Program-made: the position numbers and the translations under genes | Source of the DNA: Octopus bimaculoides | Lineage: Eukaryota | Reading direction: 5' to 3' | Assembly (NCBI RefSeq): GCF_001194135.2 | Contig: NC_068985.1 | Coordinates: 102,420,702-102,484,701 of the forward strand | Length of the DNA: 64,000 nucleotides | Shown here: positions 13,105-26,314 of the stretch, piece after piece | Numbering within the stretch: the first letter of the stretch is position 1 | How the letters are laid out: each line of letters starts with the position of its first letter | The notes under the pieces: generated by a model | What the model was told of the DNA's origin: nothing | The model's database searches: none | The model's input: only the letters and a program-made list of their open reading frames with translations

Positions 13105-13491
13105 TAGAACGCCGGATATTGCGGCATTATCCTTGAGATGCCTTTCAGTCATACACTGGGTACATAAAAGCACAGACCTATAGCTTAGCATCTATTATTG
13201 GTTCCTGATTGCGTAGATCACGAGATTTCTAGATACTGAATTTCAGTATATTGGACTTCGTCAGTGGTGGAGGACAGGTCACTGCATAGAAGCCAAATTT
13301 TGCTGGCATGACCTGGAGAGTTTCAGTGACATTCCAGTCATTGATGTTGCAAATAGCCTTCTTGCTATTAGGGATGTATAAAATAATTGTTAGAGACGGG
13401 AGCAGTATTCTGACAGCTAAGTTGTGTTTTTATGTAGCATGCGTCATGTTAGAAAACCTCTTCAGACTAATACCGCAGTATCGGCGTTCTA
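13105..13491. mobile_element. MITE / non-autonomous DNA transposon (about 40-bp imperfect TIRs, TA at both ends)
   Basis: Left end tagaacgccggatattgcggcatta versus reverse complement of right end tagaacgccg-atactgcggtatta. Internal palindrome ATACTGAA-T-TTCAGTAT at 13233-13249. Confidence 0.7.
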
Positions 13492-13628
13492 ACAAGTCAT
13501 CAACGTTAAATCGATGTACACATACACACACACGCACACACAAACACACACACACACACACACACATAACACATATACATGCATGCATACATACATACAT
13601 ACATATATACATGCATATACTTGCATAC

Positions 13629-13663
<35 letters not shown>

Positions 13664-16632
13664 NNNNNNNNNNNNNNNNNNNNNNNNNNNNNNNNNNNNN
13701 NNNNNNNNNNNNNNNNNNNNNNNNNNNNNNNNNNNNNNNNNNNNNNNNNNNNNNNNNNNNNNNNNNNNNNNNNNNNNNNNNNNNNNNNNNNNNNNNNNNN
13801 NNNNNNNNNNNNNNNNNNNNNNNNNNNNNNNNNNNNNNNNNNNNNNNNNNNNNNNNNNNNNNNNNNNNNNNNNNNNNNNNNNNNNNNNNNNNNNNNNNNN
13901 NNNNNNNNNNNNNNNNNNNNNNNNNNNNNNNNNNNNNNNNNNNNNNNNNNNNNNNNNNNNNNNNNNNNNNNNNNNNNNNNNATATATATATATATATATA
14001 ACCAGCCGAAACTGGAACGCGACTGACGAAAGAAAACTCGGAATGACTCGTCCTTGTTTTCGTATCCCCTATCACTTTTTGTATCCCCTAACTGTCTGGA
14101 TGTCTTGTTATCGCCTGTTGCCTTCTTGTCCCATTTTTGTATTATTTTATGTGTGTGTATATATATATATGCATGTAGACAGAGGGAAAGAGACAGACAA
14201 ATATATACACACATAGATTAGATTGATTGACTGATTGACTGATTGATTGATATTCGTATGTTTTTGAACGCGTGTGTACGATTGTATGCAATGATGCGTG
14301 TTGAGAGACACTCGTACTCGAAGTCATATAGATATACCCTGTCACATGCACATGTAAATCTCTGTACAACCATATGCTCATACATACTCACTTGCATTAT
14401 TTTTTAGAGATATTCATTTTAACATTTTTCTTAATTTTTAGTGACTGAAACCCACAAATAGACATAATTCTATCCTAATAACAAACTTTAATTTAGTTAC
14501 GATGTAGCCATTAACTCCAGGAATAAAACATTTGATACACTTGCGCATCTCATCGATATACGCTACACAGTGTTTACCGGCAGTTAAGTGAAAACTGAAA
14601 TTGCTGGATGGACAATTTATTCTTTTCCTTTCATTAAGTTACTACTTGTGGGGAAATTCTTCATAATTACAATTCCAGTCTGTAACTCGCAGGTTATTTT
14701 CTCTTGGACAACGTATGAATACAAATGAGTTTATAATCGATTAATGACAATTGAGTATTTCGTTCGAGATAGCAATCCACAGTCCAAAAACTTCTCGTTT
14801 CAAAAGCACTTTTGGCTGTGTTTAGATGCTGTCTAAGAATCTAAACAGTTAGAAATGTTTTAATGCTATGCAGCTCCTAACAGAAATATGTCTTGTGTGA
14901 AAAAATAAGCAGCAAAATATACAGAATCTACATTTCCATTTTTGTTACATGCAACATGTAAAAACAATTACAAAGTAGCGGTTTTGTAGGCATTATATAC
15001 GCTAAGTGATTCTCGTGCACAATATTACAGATAGATAGAGAGAGAGAGAGGGGGAAGATGTGATTGTGAGTATTCGTCGATGCATGTACATCTTTTTATG
15101 TGTATACATACATATATGAAAGCATATGTATAAATGTGTGCGCATGTAGGCACATATATATATATACAAAGATGTGTTCCGGAAATTTTATTTCCTGAAA
15201 AGTGCAATTGTTTAGTTTTTTGTTCTTTTTTTATATAGACTATAAAACACACGTGCAGGCAAAGTTAACAACGCTAGTGTGGTTTAACCAATTATTCACG
15301 CTACCTACCTATGTCAACGTGATCAAAGAAAAAGAAAAAAAAACACCACAATCTTTTTCAGATAACATCACATTGTCGTCTTAAAAGTGAAAAGGAACAA
15401 TGAACAATGTGTTTACTGAAGACGCGAGGATTTAAACGAAGAAATATGAACACGACTTGAATACTTTGATCGTGGTTTTATTCAAGTAGTGTTCATCTGA
15501 GACTAAACAGCACCAACACTAACACGCTTTGGGAGAATAGTATTGTAACTGGGGTGGGGCGAAGTAGTGCGTGTGGGGGATTCCTGGCCGATGTTTTTAT
15601 GTGTACGGCCCGTTTTTTAACCTGTTGTGTAGGGATGCGAGGATGGCGACTACAGCAAGGGATAGCATGGGCGGCGCGCAGTCTGGCTAAGCCACTCTAC
15701 GCGAACATATAATCAGTGATCCTGGAGTTTAATGAAAGTAACAGTTTCCCAGGACTCAACTCAGTGTATCAAAGTCTCTTAGCTTCTATACATACGTGAT
15801 CCTTTCTCATAATTCCGTTTTGAAGCAGATAGCTCGACTCGAAATATTTGCCTACATTTCTTTATTTTCTTGATATTAAAAGTTCGTGACCAAAAGAATC
15901 ACATTTATTTAGTTCTATGCATATACCTCTACGACATGCATTTTCATTTGTTCTTTCTTTTTTACTGTTTTTCTGTGTCTGTAGACGTTCACATCTTAGA
16001 TGACATAGTTGCCAGACTAATTAGTGACTAGCATGATAGAAACTTTACAACTGAGCTGTTCTGTTAAAGATTTCGGCTTTTGACTGCGTTTATGCTGGAA
16101 TACTAACTTCGAGTTTTAACCGATAATAACAGCTTTATCCGATAATATTGATCTTTATTTTTAGTTAAGTCTGATAATTACTGTATTGCAATTTATTTGA
16201 TGAATCGTTATATAAGGAGACATAAAGGTGCTACATATTGCTAAACCATCGATTTTAACCGGTGTAAATATATATATATATATAGTGCAAAAGAGTTAGG
16301 GGTGAGGATCCAATCCACTAAGGGATAGTATCTATTCAATATACTGCTGGGAGGGTACCCAATTATTGTTACACTAGTGTTATAACCAAGTGTAATAAGT
16401 GGATGCGGGTAAAAGGGGGTTATTTTACCCTAAATTTTTATAGCAATAAGAACATGGAGGAGAATATGCGGTATCCATCGACTTGCAGACAGTGTATTCC
16501 ATTGAATTAATTTATTTATTTTGTAACTAAAAGAAGGTGGACAGGTGTGAAGAGAGGAAATATGTGTCAGAGGAAGAAAGGAGAGGAGCGGTGGATAAGA
16601 GTGAAGAGAGTAAATAGGTAGATAGATAGATT

Positions 16633-16689
<57 letters not shown>

Positions 16690-16716
16690 ATAGATCGATA
16701 CAAGAGAGGGATACAA

Positions 16717-16747
<31 letters not shown>

Positions 16748-17267
16748 GGCGGGACAGAAAGACTGAGAGAAAGAGAAACAGGAGAAGATTCTGCGCAAGT
16801 TTCGCGAAACACGTTACACTGGCGTGGTCAACCCACGATATGGGGCAGAACATAAAGCAACATGGTAACGGAATGAACTCCTTAGCCACACTGATACGCT
16901 TGCTACTATTGGTTAACTTTCATATTGTCCAATATATTCCAATGTACTTTAATATATAAAGTCATATGTGTGACCCCATATTCGTCATGCTTTTAACCCC
17001 TTCATATACGTTTCAACTCTTAGCTATTGGTTTTTAGAAATTTTCCTTAGAGTAACTCAATCTTGCTACAATCACTACCAAATTGCACACATGTGGTAAG
17101 TATAGCAACAAAATTATAGATCAATAAATGCCAAAAGGTATATATTATGCATGGCAAACAAAATGCTGACCTCTATAACTGAAGAGTATTAGCGAAACTT
17201 TCGAAGCAAATTGTAAAGAAATCCTTTGAAGCACACTTGACATTAATTCTTCAAAGTGGAACTCCCA

Positions 17268-17546
17268 CTAAAACGAATAGAGGAGATTTTGACATTGACA
17301 GCTCATTATTAACCGTTCACATCATTTGCTTCTAGTTGTTGTTTATCAAACTATTGATGTTTTTTTTATTGGTATTACTACCTTAGTCGTGAGTGTTGGA
17401 CTTATTTCTACTCTCGTAACTGTTGCTAAATGTGTTCTTCTTGTAGGTCGTTGCTATCACTATAGTTATATAAGGATTTTGTCATTGTATTGTTTGTACA
17501 GAGAGTATGCTTTAATATTGCACTTGTAATTGTTGTTGTGTTTCAC
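17268..17546 (+). repeat. 279-bp direct repeat, copy 1
   Basis: Matches 17930-18208 with only two T/C differences found by eye. Confidence 0.95.
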
Positions 17547-17604
17547 TGTTGGATTTTGTAGTTGTTTTAGTATCGATTTTATTATTTATGTGAAGACACG
17601 CATG

Positions 17605-17661
<57 letters not shown>

Positions 17662-17730
17662 TTTCTCACACACATACATACACACACGTAAACACACACA
17701 CATAGATATAAACATATATATATATATATA

Positions 17731-17929
17731 TTGGTTTCAGATTTTGGCACAAGGCCAGCAATTTCGGTGGAGTGGGCAAGTCGACCCTAGTGCTTAAATT
17801 GTACTTAATTTATCATGAAAATATAAAAGGTAAAGTCGACCTCTGTGGAATTTGAACTCAGAACAGAAAGATGGATGAAATGCCGCTCAGCGGTTTGCCC
17901 GGTGTGCTGACAATTCTATGAGATCTCTG
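17731..17929 (-). mobile_element. SINE family A
   Basis: Contains ggcacaaggccagcaattt, aaagtcgacctc..ggaatttgaactcagaac and gaaatgccgct, the reverse complement of the family A core. Confidence 0.85.
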
Positions 17930-18208
17930 CTAAAACGAATAGAGGAGATTTTGACATTGACAGCTCATTATTAACCGTTCACATCATTTGCTTCTAGCTG
18001 TTGTTTATCAAACTATTGATGTTTTTTTTATTGGTATTACTACCTTAGTCGTGAGTGTTGGACTTATTTCTACTCTCGTAACTGTTGCTAAATGTGTTCT
18101 TCTTGTAGGTCGTTGCTATCACTATAGTTATATAAGGATTTTGTCATTGTATTGTTTGTACAGAGAGTATGCTTTAATATTGCACTTGCAATTGTTGTTG
18201 TGTTTCAC
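17930..18208 (+). repeat. 279-bp direct repeat, copy 2 (ends at an N-gap)
   Basis: Near-identical to 17268-17546. Confidence 0.95.
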
Positions 18209-18394
18209 NNNNNNNNNNNNNNNNNNNNNNNNNNNNNNNNNNNNNNNNNNNNNNNNNNNNNNNNNNNNNNNNNNNNNNNNNNNNNNNNNNNNNNNNNNNN
18301 NNNNNNNNNNNNNNNNNNNNNNNNNNNNNNNNNNNNNNNNNNNNNNNNNNNNNNNNNNNNNNNNNNNNNNNNNNNNNNNNNNNNNNNNNNNNNN

Positions 18395-18427
<33 letters not shown>

Positions 18428-18659
18428 TTATATATATATATATATATATTTATAAATATATATATTTCGGGAATAAATGATGGATTTTTTTCCCTTATGA
18501 GGTTTTTTCACGCTAGCCACTTGATAACCTCTTGTAAAAGAATTCGTCCTATTATTGAATTTATATATATATGTATATATACAGATGTGTATTGTGGGGT
18601 GCGTCCTTGTTTCTGTGATTATCACCTAAAATTGCTTGGTAATGGACGTTGCTGTTTTT

Positions 18660-18830
18660 ACGCTCTCGAAATCTTGTGGTTCGGCAAAGTGTACCGATTT
18701 AATAAGTACTAGGCTTACAAAGAATAACTCCTTGAGTCGAATTCTGTGACTAAAAATCTGTTAAAGCAGTGCTCTAGCATTGCCGCATTGATATGACTGA
18801 AGCAAGTAAAAAATAACAGAATAAAAGTAT
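18660..18830 (+). mobile_element. SINE family C 3' half
   Basis: ggttcggcaaa...aataagtactaggcttacaaagaataa...gtgctctagcattgccgca...tgactgaagcaagtaaaa matches 19900-20023. Confidence 0.75.
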
Positions 18831-19561
18831 AGTATATTATTTATAAAATCCGATGCCCATAAAGTGCCAAAGCGCCTGAAGATAGCAAGTGGTCAGAAGT
18901 TTACTTTCCGTTATCTTACTTATTTTTGTTTTTGCTAAAAGCTATTTGACTGCCATGATTTGCATGACCAGTGCAATTTAATGTTTATAGATGAATTGTA
19001 CTAAGTGAGGAATAACATCTTTGCATTGTTGACATTCACTAAAGACATAATTTGATTTATTATACCTTTATATTTAAAACTATTCAACATCCCGCAAGGC
19101 AATATAGAAATAGTACATCGTTTTATTGGAAGTGTATTTTATTTAAGATATAAATATATCTAGTCTTGTTTCACGTTTCCATTAGTCTCACAAATTTCAA
19201 CATACTGAGATAAGGAAAACGTACTTATACATAAATATATATCTGTGTGTGTATGTGTGTGTTAACTTGAATGTGTGCATTTGTGTGCATGTGTGTGCAT
19301 TCGTGTCTGTCTCTATGTGTTTAAAAACACACAGAGACATATATATATNNNNNNNNNNNNNNNNNNNNNNNNNNNNNNNNNNNNNNNNNNNNNNNNNNNN
19401 NNNNNNNNNNNNNNNNNNNNNNNNNNNNNNNNNNNNNNNNNNNNNNNNNNNNNNNNNNNNNNNNNNNNNNNNNNNNNNNNNNNNNNNNNNNNNNNNNNNN
19501 NNNNNNNNNNNNNNNNNNNNNNNNNNNNNNNNNNNNNNTATATATATATATATATATATAT

Positions 19562-19648
<87 letters not shown>

Positions 19649-19649
19649 T

Positions 19650-20023
19650 AGGATGTGGCTGTGTGGTAACAAGCTTGCTTCCCAACCACATGGTTCCCGG
19701 TTCAGATCCACTGCATGGTAATGCACCTTGGTCAAGTGCCTTTTACTATAACCTCGGGCCGACTAAAAGCTTATGAATGGATTTGGTAGCCGGTAACTAA
19801 AAGATGTATGCAGATATTCATGTGCCTTTTTCTTTGTGTCTGTGTTTGTCACTCCCGGCACTCCATCGCTTGATAGCCGCTGTTGATGTGTTCACTCCCC
19901 CGTAACTTAGCGGTTCGGCAAAAGAACCGATAGAATATGTACTAGGCTTTAACAAAAAAAAAATCCTGGGAGTCGATTTGTTTCACTAAAACCATTCAAG
20001 GCGGTGCTCTAGCATGGCCGCAG
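19650..20023 (+). mobile_element. SINE family C, near full length, inserted in a (GATA)n array
   Basis: Head ggatgtggctgtgtggtaacaagcttgcttcccaacc; 3' gcggtgctctagcatggccgcag. (GATA)n lies on both sides (about 19563-19648 and 20027-20096). Confidence 0.9.
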
Positions 20024-20049
20024 AAATAGATAGATAGATAGATAGATAT

Positions 20050-20096
<47 letters not shown>

Positions 20097-20175
20097 CTGA
20101 ATCAGTAATATATATACCAATATTCTATTGCATAAGCATGGAATTTATTAAATAATATAATTCTCAGTTAACTAA

Positions 20176-20387
20176 TATTGATTTCAAATTTTGGCACAAC
20201 GCCAGCAATTTCAGAGGATTGTCGATTACTACTACTCCAGTATTCAACTAATACTTATTTTATCGACCCCCAGAAAATGGAAAGTTAACTTGACCTCAAC
20301 GGGATTTGAACTCTGAACACGAAAACAGACGAAATGCCACTAAGCAGTTTGTCTGACGTGCTCACGATTCAACGACTTCGTCGCCTT
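20176..20387 (-). mobile_element. SINE family A
   Basis: ttcaaattttggcacaacgccagcaattt...ttttatcgacccc...gatttgaactc...gacgaaatgcc. Confidence 0.85.
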
Positions 20388-20923
20388 TACTCACTTAATA
20401 AAGAGTGTGGAAAACTGAAATGGTTAAGAACTCAATTTATAACCAACATAAGTTATGCTCAAAACGCGACTGAAAGAGACGTAGCAAGACATTTAAAAGA
20501 TGCATCATTATATTACAAGAACATAACTGTCGAATATTTCCAATTAAATTATACAATAGATTTTTTCAATATATATGCAACAGTTGTTCTCATACGCACA
20601 TCATTTTTCATAAACGTAGAGCAATATTTTCAATAATAATTTAAACCGCTCCCTTTCCCCCATTTCTTTTCATTTAATACCGAACCTCATCTGTGCTTCA
20701 GTCGCATTTCTTTTGTGAAAATTTTCTGTTCAATTCGAAAAACTGCAAAAATAATTAAATATTTAAATATATCGTTAACATTTCAAAGATATGATTAGCT
20801 CGATTTGAAGTTCACTTCAAAATCTGAATGATTAGTGTCATCATAAATAGGAGCAGGGATGGTAATAAATAGAGAAGTTATTATTAAAACGGAATTCCAG
20901 TCAAATGTTTGACCAACTTATTA

Positions 20924-21144
20924 TTGGTTTCAAATTTCTTTCACGAGGCCAGCAATTCCGAGGGTTGGCTAAGTTGATTAAATCACCCACACCCTCGTTC
21001 TAAACTGGATTTTATTTTATCAACGCCAAGAGAATGAAAGATAAAGTCAACTATCGCGTCATTCGAACACACAACATACAGACGGACAATATGCCGCTAG
21101 GCGTTTTGTCCCGCGTGCTAAGGATTCTGCTTGCTCACCACCTT
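20924..21144 (-). mobile_element. SINE family A (diverged)
   Basis: ttggtttcaaattt..gaggccagcaatt...aatgaaagataaagtcaac...gccgctaggcgttttgtcc. Confidence 0.8.
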
Positions 21145-21779
21145 TCACCATGTGTACTCCTCACGTAGACCAAATAAGCGTAACAGTGCAACATGAGTGG
21201 ACCTTAAAATCACATGTATAATCTATGCAAAAAGAGAGGCATAAAACGAGAATGAGAATGTTTTTCAACACTATTTTCGTTCAACATTTAACGACCTTGA
21301 AAGGAACAAAATCCGTAATAAACACCGTCAGTCTTACTCTCCGGTGTTATAATGCTTCTGCTGTTTTGTCGCATTGCCTTCAATATAAATACAACTTGGA
21401 TCATCATTGGTTGCAACTATACCACAAGCAACCATAAACCCGGATTTTTCTTTCTCCTCATATTAAAGAAAACAGATAAATGTGTTGAATTTTCAGTCCT
21501 TATAGTATTACATGACAGAAAGACAAAATAAACACAATTTTCTTTGCTCATGAGATGTCTTGTAGGTTACTATTTCATACTAAATTTATGACATCAAGTT
21601 ATTTTGAGATACTGTTTGACTGATTAAAGTAACCATATATCTAGATTATCTGGTACTGATCCCGAAGAGCGGCAGAAATAAAGAATCTTTTCTCGTTTAA
21701 TAAATATACGGAAAACTCTGAGGCCAATTGAATTCTTTACATTATAGCTTTATGCCTTTTATGTTGTCGATTAGTCTTC

Positions 21780-21960
21780 CATTCAATTTATAAAATGCCA
21801 TATTCTAAGAGAATATTCTAAACCTATCATGTGGGAGCCAGTGCAATAATTGCTTCTCACACAGGTGTAAAATCAAGAATTTTATTAGAGGAAAGGGAAA
21901 TTAGAAAATGGAATATTATTTTAATTCCAAAGAACGTTAATATCGCAAGGCATGTTTAAT
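21780..21960 (+). pseudogene. Possible second, more decayed Penelope-like endonuclease C-terminus
   Basis: With frameshifts it reads IKCHILREYSKP / YHVGAS / QCNNCFS, resembling W.IL..PY..G..C..C. The match is weak. Confidence 0.25.
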
Positions 21961-23557
21961 GGTTGCAATATTAAGGAATAAACCGGAGTTAAACTAAACT
22001 GAATAGAAGCCATCTCTTTTATTTTATTTTGCTTGCTGAGATTGGGGTAAAATGATATGAAATATCTAGCGCTAATACTTACTCATATGTTTTACTGAAT
22101 ACAGTAAATCCATCATCTGGGAGGCGGGTAGGTAAGGGATCATGATTTCTGCATCGCTGTAATACACATAAACCTCTTCTCCATACATGCGAAATATGCA
22201 CGATTTATTGCAGTTACTGGTCTCTACTTTGTGTCGTTAAACAAGTTTAGAATATCAGGGATTTAATACCTCGTTTTCGGTGTGTCAACAGCCATAGTTT
22301 TTACTTGCGTGGGCTTAAAACACTTCACAGTTAGTAAAAAGTATGAAGAGATATAGGCTGCACATTAATGTATGATTCATTTCTTTATAACCTGTTCAAT
22401 ACTAAATCATTAAAAACATTGGACACACACACACATATGCATATGTATGATATGTATGCATGTGTGTATATATGTGTGTGTGCTTGTATGTGTGTGTGTG
22501 TGTGTGTGTGTGCATGTGTATACGATTAAATAGTTAATTGTATTAGTCAAGACATTTCAAATAAGAACGTCAGTTGATGCAACAAAATATTGTGCATTCA
22601 TGATATGTATTACGAAGAACTTATCGGTCTACTGCTGTATTCACCATCTCAGAAAACATGTGACTCTTGTTTTTCTCTACTCCGAAGTCAGAGTTCTGAT
22701 GGATAGGAACTATGAATATGTACGATCCAGCAATGACCATGTCGTCTTTTTGCAATAAGATGGATTTTACTATGCAATGCATCCATCTTAATTCAACACT
22801 TCAAGGTGATGTCTAAGGAAAATTTAGCAACTAGTTTGAATGTGGCTAGCGGCAGTCTAGACTATCCAGTGGTGACTAAAATCAAATCTTCCAAGATGTA
22901 TAAGGTGCAATCCTGATAATAAAAGGGTTGGTCACTCATTGATGGATGAACTATTATCGATTAGAAAATTAATCAAGCAATTGACTCTATTTATATATCA
23001 GTTATGTGCGATAATTAAATATTGATCACGGCTGTCTTCTGCATACAATTTTGCATATACGCATTGATTGAGAGAGAACGATATATAGCTGATTCGTAAA
23101 TGCTAATCATGTTGAAATGTAATGAAAAAAACACGATTTGCTAGTTCTGTGAATGCTAATCAGAATGTAATTAGTATCGTTCAATGCTCATTTTTATCTT
23201 GGACTTCTTCGAATTGGTTCATCATATTCTATAGATAACTCTGTTCTGGTAATTTCCTGCTTATTGGGCTGACGAAGAAATCATTCTGAACGCTTTAATC
23301 GCATGCCTTTCTTAAAATGAATTCCAATATTATACTTGAACTATTTTGGGAACAAAATGGAGAAAACACCGCAAATGTTTGAAATTACTCTGTTGTTAGC
23401 ATGAAATAAAAGAACTAATGGCGGTATTATGTATTTGTGTGGTTTTTTTTCTTTTTGTAATGAACGAAAGACCGAGACGTAAAGAACAAAACTAATTATG
23501 CTAGTAATGATGACACTCATTTAGATCACGATCATCATCATCATCATATCCTCACCC

Positions 23558-23588
<31 letters not shown>

Positions 23589-23605
23589 CGCATCGCCATC
23601 ATCAT

Positions 23606-23659
<54 letters not shown>

Positions 23660-24207
23660 CAGCATCATTATTGTTACATCAATCTCATTGTTATCATCTG
23701 TCATCATCAAAACCAGAATTCCTTATTGTACAAACGTGTCCATACACACAATGTTGAAAAACCGTTGCACCGAAAGAGAGTTCGAAAATGTATGTATTTC
23801 TGCTTGCGCACGCGCGTGTGTGTATGCGTGTGCGCGCATGCGTGCATGTGTGTGCATGCATGTGTGTGTTTATACATGTATGTATATAATAAATAGAAGC
23901 GCGGCGAGAACCATTGTGCATGTTTTATGGGCGGCCATACATTTGATGCACAAGACGATTGCAAATACGGCCAACCACGCACACAATTATGAGCTTATTA
24001 GAGTTCATCTATATACATGAGTTTTTAATTTCCTTAGATACCCCCACCTGCTTATTATTACATATTTTTGTATATTTCTATACTTTTAATGCTTCCATCC
24101 TCTCTACCTATCAACCAAATTTATTACACGTTCACTTATGATCGCTTTTAAAATTTCTTCTTTTCTGTATTCCTGTCCTTCATCCTGTCTGTGGCAGTGT
24201 TACCCCA

Positions 24208-24250
<43 letters not shown>

Positions 24251-24280
24251 TATATATAGTTTATTATTTCCGAAGGCGAC

Positions 24281-24281
24281 G

Positions 24282-24363
<82 letters not shown>

Positions 24364-24462
24364 CGGTGGTGGACGTGGTGGACGCGGTGGACGTGGTGGA
24401 TGTGGTGGAGGTGGTGGTGGTGATGGTGGTTGTGGTGGTGGTGGTGGTATTAGTAGTAGTAT

Positions 24463-24493
<31 letters not shown>

Positions 24494-24641
24494 GGTGGTC
24501 GTAGTAGTAGTAGTAGTAGTAGTAGTAGCGGTGGTGGACGTGGTGGACGTGGTGGACGTGGTGGATGTGGTGGAGGTGGTGGTAATGATGGTGGTTGTGG
24601 TGGTGGTGGTGGTAGTAGTAGTAGTAATAGTAGTAGTAGTA

Positions 24642-24690
<49 letters not shown>
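24281..24690. repeat. Compound (GTA)/(GTG) microsatellite with a 165-bp higher-order duplication
   Basis: The block tagcggtggtggacgtggtggac...gatggtggttgtggtgg starts at both 24361 and 24526. Confidence 0.9.
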
Positions 24691-24691
<1 letters not shown>

Positions 24692-25376
24692 TTTCATAAA
24701 TAAGACAAAATGATGAGATCATTGATAATAATAATAATAACGAATCAATAGAGCAAAAATTGATACTGTAGCTAATATTTCCTAATTGTTATAATTATTA
24801 TAGCCACGCTTTTTTGTTACCTTTTTTTTTTTTCTATTTTCAATTGTTTCATTCCGGTTAAAAATCGTGATGTGCATCTTAAAAAAGCGATGTTCTAACT
24901 TTTCGAGACAAAAGTACTGCTCGTATAACTTTCTGCAGACCATTATTTTCAGATAATTCAATAAACAGTGGAATTATTATTGAATTTCCATTTTTTTTTT
25001 TTAACAACGGCGAATTTCAGCATGACTTGTTATATAACATCAGATGTATTATTATGTTTCTGTGTATATAGAACCAGTAAAAAGCAGAGGCTGAGGTCGC
25101 TACTCATGGTCTTTGTCGGCAGAATTCATTGTTTAGTGTTTGATATTTGGAAATAATCGTTCAAAGACCGTATTTAGAAATGAAATGTCATTTACTATGG
25201 TTTAGAGTAGCACCTGTAGGGCAGCTTGTTTAAAATATTTCAAGTAAGCGATAGAAACTTCTCAACAATTTCTTGCGTATCCACGAACTCACGAACGACA
25301 CCTCCCGACCTCCAGCAAATTTTTGCACCGAACAAGATCTTAGCTCGAGCCGTCTAAAATCTCATATATATTTAAT

Positions 25377-25793
25377 TCTTTTACTTATTTCAGCCTGGTG
25401 CCATGCTGGGACATTGCCTTGAATAGTTTAATCGAACAAGTAGATTCCAGTGCTTGGTCTTTTGTTTTATTAGTTTCTTTTACCGAAACGTTAATTTAGT
25501 GGAACGCAAACAAACCAAAACCACTTGTCAAGCGGTAGACGGAGACAAGCACAAATAGAATCACACACACACACACACACTCTCTCTATCTCTCTCTCTC
25601 TCTCTCTCTCACAAACACATTAAGACACATATATACATGATGAGCTTTGACACAGATACCGTCTACCAAATTCACTCACAAGACATTGGTAGTCCCAAGC
25701 TATTATAGAAATTCTCTCATGATGCTGTTTAACGGAAATGAACGGGAAATCACGTGGTTACGAAGCAGGCATCTTAGTCACACTGTTGCGTCT
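25377..25793 (-). mobile_element. SINE family C, full length with internal (CA)/(CT) microsatellite
   Basis: 3' half at 25377-25560, microsatellite at about 25560-25615, head at 25655-25793 (ccgtctaccaaattcactcacaag...). Confidence 0.75.
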
Positions 25794-25896
25794 GCGCTTG
25801 AAATTAGGCGTCATCGAGCTTCGAACGCGCAACATGCTGCATATTAAGAAGTGATAATCGCTACAGAGAATTTGAATTTATCTTAATTATGAAATT

Positions 25897-26228
25897 GTTG
25901 TTGTTGGCACTGCGTCGCTCACGACGTCGAGAGTTCCAGTTGATCCGATCAAGGGAAAAGCCTGCTCGTGAAATTAACGTGCAAGTGGCTGAGCACTCCA
26001 CAGGCACGTGTACCCTTAACGTAGTTCTCGGGGATATTCAGTGTGACAACGCTGACCCTTTGAATTACAGATACGACAAAAACAGGAAGTAAGAGAAGAT
26101 GAAAGATTACAGCAGATGTAGGTGTTTTCGCTCAATAAACACTCACAACGCCCGGTCTGGGAATCGAAACCGCGATCCTATGACTGCGAGTCCGCTGCCC
26201 TAACCACTGGGCCATTACGGCTCCACAG
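25897..26228 (-). mobile_element. SINE family B with 10-bp TSD
   Basis: Reverse complement of the family B head (ccactgggccatt) and a (CAA)n tail. TSD TTATGAAATT at 25887-25896 and 26229-26238. Confidence 0.95.
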
Positions 26229-26314
26229 TTATGAAATTATAACATGCTTAAATCTGTTTCAATGAAAGCGTTCGCTTTATGCTTGCCATTTTGCTTATAT
26301 TTTACTGTAAACTG

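Noticed and set aside
17171-17220. Hammerhead-like CTGAAGA-gtattagc-GAAAC-tttcgaagc
   Set aside because: Stem II has only 2 pairs, the NUH triplet is missing (GCA) and stem I is out of register by 2-3 nt. This could arise by chance in 64 kb.
24200-24722. Mucin-like poly-Thr ORF (165 aa, minus strand)
   Set aside because: Entirely (ACT)/(ACC) microsatellite bounded by (AT)n. The same pattern recurs at 355, 43100, 49520 and 58100.
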